Positions 23,958 through 34,816 of a DNA stretch of 64,000 nucleotides are shown here, one piece after another. The position numbers and the translations under genes were made by a program. Within the stretch, counting starts at the first letter, position 1. Each line of letters begins with the position of its first letter. Below the pieces are notes generated by a model. That model made no database searches. It saw nothing but the letters and a program-made list of their open reading frames with translations, and was not told the DNA's origin. Origin of the DNA: Octopus sinensis (Eukaryota); contig NC_043014.1 of NCBI RefSeq assembly GCF_006345805.1, positions 46,004,001-46,068,000 on the forward strand. Direction: 5' to 3'.

Positions 23958-24880
23958 GGTCTATGTTGGAATGAGGTTCACAGATGTTAGAAAATAGGGG
24001 TCAGCATCAGTGGAATTGACTAAGGGTCTATGTTGGAATGAGGTTCACAGCTGTTAGAAAATAGGGGTCAGCATCAGTGGAATTGACTAAGGGTCTATGT
24101 TGGAATGAGGTTCACAGATGTTAGAAAATAGGGGTCAGCATCAGTGGAATTGACTAAGGGTCTATGTTGGAATGAGGTTCACAGATGTTAGAAAATAGGG
24201 GTCAGCATCAGTGGAATTGACTAAGGGTCTATGTTGGAATGAGGTTCACAGCTGTTAGAAAATAGGGGTCAGCATCAGTGGAATTGACTAAGGGTCTATG
24301 TTGGAATGAGGTTCACAGATGTTAGAAAATAGGGGTCAGCATCAGTGGAATTGACTAAGGGTCTATATTGGAATCACAGCTGTTAGAAAATAGGGGTCAG
24401 CATCAGTGGAATTGACTACGGGTCTATGTTGGAATGAGGTCACAGATGTTAGAAAATAGGGGTCAGCATCAGTGGAATTGACTAAGGGTCTATGTTGGAA
24501 TGAGGTTCACAGATGTTAGAAAATAGGGGTCAGCATCAGTGGAATTGACTAAGGGTCTATATTGGAATCACAGCTGTTAGAAAATAGGGGTCAGCATCAG
24601 TGGAATTGACTACGGGTCTATGTTGGAATGAGGTTCACAGATGTTAGAAAATAGGGGTCAGCATCAGTGGAATTGACTAAGGGTCTATGTTGGAATGAGG
24701 TTCACAGATGTTAGAAAATAGGAGTCAGCATCAGTGGAATTGTCTAAGGGTCTATGTTGGAATGAGGTTCACAGCTGTTAGAAAATAGGGGTCAGCATCA
24801 GTGGAATTGACTAAGGGTCTATGTTGGAATGAGGTTCACAGCTGTTAGAAAATAGGGGTCAGCATCAGTGGAATTGCCTA
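23958..24880. repeat. Minisatellite, 14 units of 67 bp
   Basis: GGTCTATGTTGGAATGAGGTTCACAG(A/C)TGTTAGAAAATAGGGGTCAGCATCAGTGGAATTGACTAAG; starts 23958, 24025, 24092...24816; two 61-bp deletion variants. Confidence 0.95.
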
Positions 24881-25299
24881 TTGGATTTAGCCCCAGATTT
24901 TGGCATCTTAGAGACATGTAAAAACTGATGGGGTTTTCAAAGGTCACAGTGACCAATTGTCAGAAGCCTGTTTCAGATGCTCTCTACACTGCACATTCTG
25001 CTTATGAAAATCATGGGCCCGGTGATGGTGTTAAATCTTGTGATCCTATAGGGGTGATGGTACATTTTGGTTACCTCACCCCCATTATAAAATTGCGTTA
25101 TCTCCCGTTTTACGAGAAATATCAGTACTTTTGGTTATTTCCTTCAACTAAAAATGTTGTTTAATTCTCAATAAAACAAAAAAAAATTTTTTTTAATTAA
25201 TAAACATAAAAAGTGAAAAGATGAAACATTGTTTTGAATCTTATATTTTTATGACAAATTCTGCAAAACTGAAAAAATTAAACATCTTACTGAATCTCT

Positions 25300-25520
25300 C
25301 TTTACTCTTTACTCTTTTACTTGTTTCAGTCATTTGATTGCAGCCATGCTGGAGCACTGCCTTTAGTCAAGCAAATCGACCCCAGGACTTATTCTTTGTA
25401 AGCCTAGTACTTATTCTATCGGTCTCTTTTGCCAAACCACTAAGTTACAGGGATGTAAACACACCAGCATCGGTTGTCAAGCAATGTTGTGGGGACAAAC
25501 ACAGACACAAACATATACAC
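25300..25520 (-). mobile_element. Family A SINE 3' half
   Basis: TACTCTTTTACTTGTTTCAGTCATTTG...GGGGACAAACACAGAC. Confidence 0.8.
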
Positions 25521-25522
25521 AC

Positions 25523-25554
<32 letters not shown>

Positions 25555-26604
25555 CTATGTCCCCCCTTCCCATAACCATCATCGCCATGGTTCTCTATGC
25601 CCCCCCCTCCCAAAACCATCATCGCCATATATAAAAGAGCGATCGCATTTATCGTTAACCCCACTCGCTTCAAAATATCTAAAGAATACGCACAGATCAT
25701 GAATGGCTAAAAGTTAAGTGAATCGTCCAACCTCGCTACGACTACCTTCTTTCTTGCACTTATTCTTATTCTTTCTCTATTCTTCAATTTCCATCTCATT
25801 GTATTGTCCCTCATTCTTTCAGTATTCCCTCATTACCCTGTCTAGCTCAAACATTTTTTTTTTTTTTTTTTTCGTTTAGACTTGTCTACAGTTCATAGCC
25901 ACTCTGATTTTTCAATTTTTCGTTTAGTGTTGTCTCCCGATTCATACAAACCCATTTGCTAGCTCATACGATTAACAGAACCTCTTTACTCAGACACGGT
26001 GTTATATTAGCTATCAATAATGATATTCCTCTGATTTTTCTGATTTTCAAACCTATTTATCTAATGTTTATTTATCGACAATGCCGTCCCCAGTCAAATT
26101 CCCTCACACCGCTTATTGTCACGTGTCCCTTGACCTCTCTCTCTAACTAAACCTCTCTCTCTCTCTCTATGTCCCCCCTTCCCATAACCATCATCGCCAT
26201 GGTTCTCTATGCCCCCCCCCTTCCCAAAACCATCATCGCCATATATAAAAGAGCGATCGCATTTATCGTTAACCCCACTCGCTTCAAAATATCTAAAGAA
26301 TACGCACAGATCATGAATGGCTAAAAGTTAAGTGAATCGTCCAACCTCGCTACGACTACCTTCTTTCTTGCACTTATTCTTATTCTTTCTCTATTCTTCA
26401 ATTTCCATCTCATTGTATTGTCCCTCATTCTTTCAGTATTCCCTCATTACCCTGTCTAGCTCAAACATTTTTTTTTCGTTTAGACTTGTCTACAGGTTCA
26501 TAGCCACTCTGATTTTTCAATTTTTCGTTTAGTGTGTCTCCCGATTCATACAAACCCATTTGCTAGCTCATACGATTAACAGAACCTCTTACTCAGACAC
26601 GGTG
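25555..26604 (+). repeat. ~440-bp direct duplication (25555-26001 and 26167-26604)
   Basis: Both copies run CTATGTCCCCCCTTCCCATAACC...CAGACACGGTG; they differ mainly in homopolymer lengths. Confidence 0.9.
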
Positions 26605-29600
26605 CACCCGCACTCCCACCCCCACCACGCATGACGGAAGTTCCTATTCTCTGCCATTCCGGGGTTGCTTCCCATGAAGACTGCAAATGTTCTCACCATC
26701 CCTACCCCTCCCTACCCCTAGTCTCGACCGTGTAAGGTAATATGTTCATACAGTGCAAAATATGAAAGGCTAGCGTTATGCAGGTTGTACTGAAGGCTAC
26801 TTTACTACTTCATTTCTTGCACATGAATTCTGCCAAATGCGAGCTTTCTTTTCAGGTACACGAAGCTACTGTCCACCGTCCCAGGGTCTCTAGAGCCCAT
26901 GCCTCCCACCCCCTCAGGGTTGGCACCCTCAACGTTGGCACTCTGAAAGGTAGGTCTGGTGAGATAGTCGAGATGCTTGAACGGAGATGTGTGATATATG
27001 TTGCATGCAAGAAATAAATAAGGTGGAGAGGAGGATCAGCTAGGTTCCTCACAGGCAAGAACGCAGGGCGCAGGGTACAAGATTTTCTGGGCAGGGAACA
27101 CTGACGGGGTTGGTGGCGTGGGTATACTTATCGCTGAGAAATGGGTAGATAAAGTAATTGAGGTAATCAGAGTATGTGACAGAATACTTAAGATTAGATT
27201 AGTGCTTCATCATAGTTTAGCAACCATTATATCAGCCTATGCTCCTCAGTCGGGGCTACCCGATGGACAGAAAGACCGATTCTATGACACTCTACTGCAG
27301 ACTATCTCGTTGACGAACGACAGAGACCTTATCTTTGTGGCTGGTGACTTCAATGGTCACGTTGGACGACATGCTGGGGGCTTCCATGGCGTACATGGAG
27401 GCTATGGCTATGGCTCCCGCAACGAGGAGGGAACCAGGCTGCTGGAGTTCTGCGATGCAAATAATCTTATGATTTGCAACACTAACTTCAGGAAACCTAC
27501 CAGCCACCTAGTCACTTACCAATCGGGCCAACATACCAGCCAAATTGACTACATCCTTACAAGGCAAAGGGAGAGATGGCTGCTTATAAATGCCAAAACC
27601 TTCCCAGGTGAAGAATGTACCCACAACATAGACTGGTAGTTAGTGACTTTAGGACAGCTGGACGTTCTAAGGGACAACCTGCTGAAGCCACTGACCAGAT
27701 CTGTGGCTGGTGCAAAGTCCCCTCTCGACCTAGAATAACGTAGGTGGTGGAACAATATTGTAGACAGGGCTATTAGAGAAAAGAGACAGGCTTGGAAGGT
27801 CTGGAAAAATGGGGGGTGGGTTAGCAGGGGATTGTATCAGATGCCAAAAGAGAGAAGCTAGGAGGGAGACAGTTTTATTTAGCCAGAGGGGAAGCAGATA
27901 GAAAAAAATTTGCCAATGTTCTGCGCCGTGAGGACCAAAGACTGGAGGTGTTCGTGTTGCAAGACAGTGTGTGAGAGAGAATCGTGATGTGGTAGGAGAG
28001 AAGTGTGTTCGCATGGAAGATGGGTCACTTGCGCTAAATGAGGATGCAAAGAGAGAGGTTTGGAAGATGCCACTATGAAAGGTTGCTGAATGAAGAAAAT
28101 GAATGGGATAAAGAGAGTCTGCCGAATGTTGACCCAACAGAGGGACCAGCTATCCGAGTTGATAGTTCCGTGGTAGCTAAGGCAATTAGAAGCATGAAGA
28201 CAGGGAAAGCCCCAGGCCCATCAGGAATCACTGCAGAGATGCTCAAAATGTCTGGTAGTGTCGGCTATAGCCTAGTCACCCGTATAGTTAATCAGGTGAT
28301 ACACAAAGGGGTCATACCCAATGACTGGTGTAGCAGTATAATAGTCAACTGCTACAAAGGTAAAGGTGATGCCCTAGATACAAATAACTACAGAGGTATC
28401 AAGCTGTTGGACCAGGTGATGAAGGTTACGGAGAGGGTCATAGCCCAACTAATTAGAGAGAGAGTTAGTTTAGATGAGATGCAGTTTGGGTTTGTGCCAG
28501 GGAAAAGTACTACTGATGCTATATTCCTGGTAAGGCAGCTGCAGGAGAAATACCTAGCCAAAGATAAGCCCCTGTACCTGGCTTTTGTTGACATGGAGAA
28601 AGCCTTCGACAGGGTCCCCCGATCCCTTATCTGGTGGGCAATGAGGAAACTAGGGATAGATGAATGGGTAGTGAGAGCTGTGCGGCCATGTACAGGGACG
28701 CCGCTAGTAGGGTGAGGGTTGGAAATGTGTACAGTGAAGAATTCCGGGTAGAGGTAGAGAGGTAGAGTCCACCAAGGCTCAGTACTCAGCCCCCTCCTAT
28801 TTATCATAGTCCTCCAGGCAATAACGGAGGAATTCAAGACAGGATGCCCTTGGGAGCTCCTCTATGCTGATGACCTTGCTCTAATTGCTGAGTCGCTATC
28901 AGAACTGGAGGAGAAGTTTCAGGTGTGGAAACAAGGATTAGAATCGAAGGGCCTCAGAGTCAATCTAGCTAAAACCAAAGTCGTAATCAGTAGGAAGGTA
29001 GACAAATCACAAACACCTTCAGGTAGATGGCCCTGCTCGATCTGTAGAAAAGGTGTAGGTAGAAACTCTATAAGATGCACCAAGTGTAAGCTATGGACAC
29101 ATAAGAGATGCAGCAATGTCAAAGGAAGGCTAACTAGGAAGATGGTTTTTGTATGTGGCAGATGCTCAGGAACAATAAACACTGAAAATGCTCTGAGACC
29201 AACTTCCGTCATTCCAGGGAGAAAAACTAGAAATAGTTGATAGTTTCCGTTACCTAGGTGACCAAGTCAGCAGCGGGGGCGGGGGGGTGTGTGTGAAAGT
29301 GTAACTGCTAGAGTAAGAATAGCTTGGGCAAAGTTCAGAGAGCTCTTACCTCTATGGTGACAAAAGGCCTCTCGCACAGAGTGAAAGGCAGACTGCAGAC
29401 TGTATGATGCGTGTGTACGAACAGCCATGCTACATGGCAGTGAAACATGGGCCGTGACTGCTGAGGATATGCGTAAGCTCGCTAGAAATGAAGCCAGTAT
29501 GCTCCGATGGATGTGTAATGCCGGTACTCACACTCGGCAGAGTGTAAGTACCTTGAGAGAAAAGCTGGACCTAAGAAGCATCAGTTGGTGGTGTGCAAGA

Positions 29601-30449
29601 GAGACGTTTGCGCTGGTATGGTCATGTGGCGAGAATGGATGAAGATAGTTGTGTGAAAAAGTGCCACACCCTAGCGGTGAGGGAACCTGTGGAAGAGGCA
29701 GACCCAGGAAAACCTGGGACGAGGTGGTGAAGCACGACCTTCGAACTTTAGGTCTCACTGAGGAAATGACTAGAGACCGAGACCTCTGGAGTGTGCTGTG
29801 CGCGAGAAGACCGGCAGGACAAGTGAGTCCATAACCGTGGCCTTCTACATGGGATGGAGCCAGCCTACGTATGCATACCTTCCCTTCTGGGACACAAAAC
29901 TCTACTTGTGAAGACGTGATGAGGCAAGTGAGGATCAGAATCGAAATCTATCAATGGAAATTGCGGATGTGCTACCAGTGCCGGTGGCATGTCAAAACTC
30001 TGCTTGTGAAGACCCGTTGAGGCAAGTGACGATCAGAATCGAAATCGATCAATGGAAATCGATCAATGGAAATCGATCAATGGAAATTGCAGATGTGTGT
30101 TACCAGTGCCGGTGGCATGTAAGAGAACTTTCCGTTTCGCGACCGTTGCCAGCACCGCCCCGTTTCGTGTCCGTTGCAGCCTCGCCTGGCCCTCGTGCCG
30201 GTGGCACATAAAAAGCACCATCCGTTCGTGGCCGTTTGCCAGCTCTGTCTGGCACCAGTGCGGGTGGCACGAGCAGTAAAAAGCACCCACTACACTCACG
30301 GAGTGGTTGGCGTTAGGAAGGGCATCTAGCCGTAGAAACACTGCCAGATTTGACTGGGCCTGATGAAGCCTTCTGGCTTCACAGACCCCAGTAGAACCGT
30401 CCAACCCATGCTAGCATGGAAAACGGACGCTAAACGATGATGATGATGA
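26605..30449 (+). mobile_element. Near full-length RTE-clade LINE, frameshifted (APE + RT, long 3' UTR, (GAT)n tail)
   Basis: LRVGTLNVGTL, SAYAPQ, VAGDFNGHVG, SQIDYIL (APE); GKAPGPSG, NYRGIKL, QFGFVPGKSTTDAIF, FVDMEKAFDRV, LLYADDL (RT); GRGRPRKTW end; tail CGCTAAACGATGATGATG. Confidence 0.92.
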
Positions 30450-30847
30450 TATATATATATACATATATACGATGGGCTTCTTTCAGTTTCCATCTACCAA
30501 ATCCACTCACAAGGCTTTGGTCAGCCCGAGGCTATAGTAGAAGACACTTCCCCAAGGTGCCACGCAGTAGGACTGAACCCAAAACTATGTGGTTTGTAAG
30601 CAAGCTACTTACCACATAGCCACTCCTATGCCTTTGTAAAAATTTTGTATATTCTTCTTGCATAGGAGAGTACAGTAATATATAATTAGTTTAATTTAAT
30701 CTAATTAATTCTCTTCAGCCATGAATTTGCATGATTTTTATATCGCTGTACAAAACGATTAACATCTTCTCTTCTCCATTTTTGCCAAAATTGTTGAGTT
30801 GTATGGGATTTCTTTCCATAAGTTCACAACACACCATATACAAGTAC

Positions 30848-30889
<42 letters not shown>

Positions 30890-30893
<4 letters not shown>

Positions 30894-31034
30894 AGAGTTT
30901 TTTTCGTAATGAGATAAAAAAAAAAAACAGGCTGTGTAGATATTAGAACATTTATAGATATAAATATATCTATAAATGCTCTAATATCTACACAACCTTG
31001 GTTTTTTATCTCATTACGCAAGAAATTCTTATAT
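30890..31034. repeat. ~145-bp imperfect palindrome next to (TA)n
   Basis: Core GTGTAGATATTAGAACATTTATAGATAT / ATATCTATAAATGCTCTAATATCTACAC (1 mismatch); outer arms CGTAATGAGATAAAA / TTTTATCTCATTACG. Confidence 0.85.
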
Positions 31035-31177
31035 ACACACGCTGACATATGACCAACGTTGAACCCCTTATTCACAAAATCACCGAACCTGGAACTTAAC
31101 TATGGTCTGTCTATAGCGCTTATTCAGCATTATCTGACACCTTTGGGTTTCAATGACACCATTACCTCTTATAACCT

Positions 31178-31180
31178 ATA

Positions 31181-31247
<67 letters not shown>

Positions 31248-31802
31248 ATGTATGTATGTATGTATGTATGCATGCGGTATGTATGTATGTATGTATGTAT
31301 TATGGATGTATGTATGTATGTAGTATGCTGCATGCATGTATGTATGTATGTATGTATGTATGTATGTATGTATGCATGTATGTATGTATGTATGTATGTA
31401 TGCATGCATGTGTATGTATGTTGTATGTATGTATGTATATGTATGTATGTATTTATGTTATGTATATGTATGTAGTATGTATGTATGCATGCATGCATGT
31501 ATGTATGTAGTAGGTATGTATGTATGTATGTATGTATTGTATGTATGTGTATGTAGGTATGCATGCATGTATGTATGTATGTATGTATGCATGTAGTATG
31601 TATGTATGTATGTATGTATGTATGTATGATGTATGTATGTATGTATGTTGTATGCATGTATGTATGTATGTATGTATGTATGTATGCATGCATGTATGTA
31701 TGCATGCATGCATGTATGTATGTATGTATGTATGTATGTATGTATGTATGTATGTATGTATGTATGTATGTATGTATGTATGTATGTATGTATGTATGTA
31801 TA
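31178..31802. repeat. (TG)n/(TATG)n compound microsatellite running into a family A SINE 3' half (31800-32010)
   Basis: Direct inspection. Confidence 0.9.
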
Positions 31803-32307
31803 TGTTTGTGTGTCTGTGTTTGTCCCTTCAGAATCGCTTGACAACCGAAGCTGGTGTATTTACATCCCCGTAACATAATGGTTCGACAAAATAGACTGAT
31901 AGAATAAGTACTAGGCTTAGAAAGAATAAGTTCTAGGGTCAATTTGTTTGACTAAAGGCGGTGCTCTAGCATGGCCACAGTCAAATGACTGAAACAAGTA
32001 AAAGAGTATAGCACCTTTGGACTCTTAAAGTGGTCATACTGGTAGATAATTTAAGCTGGGATGGTCAACTATTTCTGGAAAAAATGGTCGTTGTAGTTGG
32101 TGTTATTGGGGCTTTAATCACAGGGCTGTTTAATGAGAGGCCAACCTGGCGCTAAATAAAACAGCAAAGAAGCTTCTATGAGAAGTGCTAAAAATAGCAG
32201 CAGAATCTCCCTCAAATTACACCTTACTAAATTAAATAAAGGAAACGTTAGAGAATGTAGTCTCTCATATACTAAAAGACGGAATGGTCACTTTTAGAAC
32301 ATTTTTG

Positions 32308-32711
32308 GGATCTTTTTGAACGGCAATTTTTAACATAATTTCTCGGTAACTAAAAAATTTTAAACTTCGTATACTGGTAGAAAGTGTTTATAAAACATCT
32401 TTTTCTCTTATTGAGAAAATTCTATGGTTTGTAAGATATTTGTTGTTTATTTTTCTTCGATTTCTGCAATTTCAACCAATCAATGACGTCTATTGAGGTG
32501 AAAACATTCTGTGCCGTATGAATATGTCCCTCGTTTAAGAAACAGATTGGGTTTATTTACATTAGTGAGGAAAAAAAGATACCCTTCCCCCACGCCTAAC
32601 CCTAACCCTAAAACAGATTGAAATGCAATAGATCGATACTAGGGTCATAATTATGGGTGACAATTTCATATGACACCGCTAGAAAAACTGCCGATCAAAC
32701 TGAAAAGATCC
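32308..32711 (+). mobile_element. GGATC-terminal MITE (partial second copy at ~32797-32937)
   Basis: Same interior and termini as 58235-58647, including TAACCC units. Confidence 0.85.
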
Positions 32712-33526
32712 TAATATAGTGCTAGATAGAGACGTGGTGCTCATATTCGGAATAGTTTTGAGTATAAGTCTGTTCCATAAGAATTTTGACAACAGAAACA
32801 ACCTCGACCAATCAATGACGTCTATTGAGGTAAAAAGCATTCTGTGCCGTATGAATATGTCCCTCGTTTAAAAAACAGATTGGGTTTATTCACATTTGTG
32901 AAGAAAAAAGATACCCGTTCAAACCGAAAAAATCCGAAACCGGAATATTTTAGATCATAACATAAGGTCTACTGGATCAGGAACTGGCCAGGGGCTAAAA
33001 CAACAGCAACAGATGCGAGAATAGAAACAATTGAGGCACCTCCACCACCAGCTTCACCTGCAGCAGTCATCTCGACGATATTAATAACAAACATTTCGGA
33101 TATAGCAGAAAACGTCGAAGTCAAAAAGCTCGCTTCTGATTGGCTCCTTTGAAACATCCCCCCCCCTCCACTGTCCTCTAATACACCCGGATATTAATAT
33201 AGAGCCGGGTGTATTTCAACTGAACTGCGAATTGATAGTTTGTTTTGTTATTATTATTATAATTTTTTTCTTTTTGTGGAAACAGATAAAAGCTAAGCAC
33301 GTGCTTTTGTTCTTGTTGGCGTGCGGAGGAGGGGAAATACTCATCCCCCCCTTTTAATACACACACCTCCACTTCTACCTCACGTTCTTCTAATGTACCC
33401 AATGACCCCCACCAACTTGACACGATGCAAACATTTTGTTTCTACACCCAAATGACATTTAGCTTTCCGTACACACTCATGCGCGCGCGTGGACGTGTGT
33501 ATACTCGCACGTAAACAAATCTATCC

Positions 33527-33569
<43 letters not shown>

Positions 33570-33570
33570 C

Positions 33571-33605
<35 letters not shown>

Positions 33606-33685
33606 CATCCATCCATCCATCCATCCATCCATCCATCCATCCATCCATCCATCCATCTCTCTCTCTCTCTCTATCTATCTATTTA

Positions 33686-33789
<104 letters not shown>

Positions 33790-33790
33790 A

Positions 33791-33832
<42 letters not shown>

Positions 33833-34044
33833 CTGTCTGTCTCTCTCTCTATATATATATATTAATCTATCTATCTATCTATTATGTTCTATCTATCTGT
33901 CTGTCTATCATGCATACATGCCTACATACATACATACATACAAAACATATATATATGCATACATACATACATACATACAAAACATGCATACATACATACA
34001 TACATACATACACACATACATACATACATACATACATACATACA

Positions 34045-34075
<31 letters not shown>

Positions 34076-34234
34076 CTGTCGTCATCGCTGCCTCTTTACA
34101 CGCCCTAGAAGCTGAAAACAACAGCTAACTTTCTCTGACCATCAAACCACTTCACTTTATTTCAAAAAATGGTGTCTTTGTTATAAATTAGCTATTACGA
34201 TACAATATATATATACATCAATGTGTGCCTCTGT

Positions 34235-34352
34235 GTATGCGTGTGTGTGATAGGAAAACCTACCTTTTTCTGTCGAGGGCTTATATGCCCTATTATTAGA
34301 CTATTTTCTTTAGTCATTGCACTGTGATCGCTTATAGGCTTTATGAAATACC

Positions 34353-34355
<3 letters not shown>
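34235..34355 (+). repeat. ~120-bp segment whose reverse complement lies at 42078-42205, bracketing the Penelope-like element
   Basis: GATAGGAAAACCTACC..TTAGACTATTTTCTTTAGTCA..TTTATGAAATACC is the reverse complement of GGTATTTCATAAAG..TGACTAAAGAAAATAGTCTAA..GGTAGGTTTTTTCTATC. Confidence 0.8.
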
Positions 34356-34387
<32 letters not shown>

Positions 34388-34419
34388 ATATATATAATAA
34401 TATATATATATATATATAG

Positions 34420-34601
34420 ATAGATCGTTAGCCACTACACACATTTTTTTTCTCTCCTTGTTTTTTTTTCTGTGTCCCTTTCTGTAGAAGAGCGTAGGCT
34501 CGAAACGTAAAAGACTTTTTCTATTCCCGAGCGTATACTAATACATCTGTTGTTTTGTATACCACCTGTCTTCGTCTTTTGTTTTTTTCGTAAACTCTCC
34601 C

Positions 34602-34614
<13 letters not shown>
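34420..34614 (+). mobile_element. Short pLTR-like element with minimal hammerhead variant (motif 34476-34515)
   Basis: CUUU CUGUAGA A GAGC GUAG GCUC GAAAC GUA AAAG; flanked by (TA)n. Confidence 0.65.
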
Positions 34615-34644
<30 letters not shown>

Positions 34645-34780
34645 TATATTTATATATATATATATAATATTATATATATATATATATAATTTTAATCCAA
34701 AAGGGAAACAAAAACACAACAACAACAGGAACAATTACAGTATTATTATTAATAGGCGCTCAGGAGATGGAAGCAGGGAG

Positions 34781-34816
34781 GTATGACGTTTCGAGCGGAG
34801 CTCTTCGTCGGAAACA
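34781..34816 (-). ncRNA. Minimal hammerhead motif in downstream pLTR (U4C core variant)
   Basis: GUUU CCGACGA A GAGC UCC GCUC GAAAC GUC AUAC. Confidence 0.6.

Noticed and set aside
23958-24880. CRISPR-like array
   Set aside because: Units are contiguous with no unique spacers; eukaryotic context and no cas genes
31169-31942. 257-aa and overlapping MYVC/HTYI ORFs (also near 8600, 21000, 45400, 54100, 56900)
   Set aside because: Stop-free reading of TATG, TA, GA or CT repeats
32950-33160. Gln/His-rich coding-looking stretch as a host exon
   Set aside because: The Gln/His frame is interrupted by stops, the short open frames show no recognisable domain, and no clear splice sites were seen
34269-34295. 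CUGUCGA-GGGC-UUAUAU-GCCC as a hammerhead
   Set aside because: GAAA and the cleavage triplet are missing; kept only as part of the inverted-repeat finding
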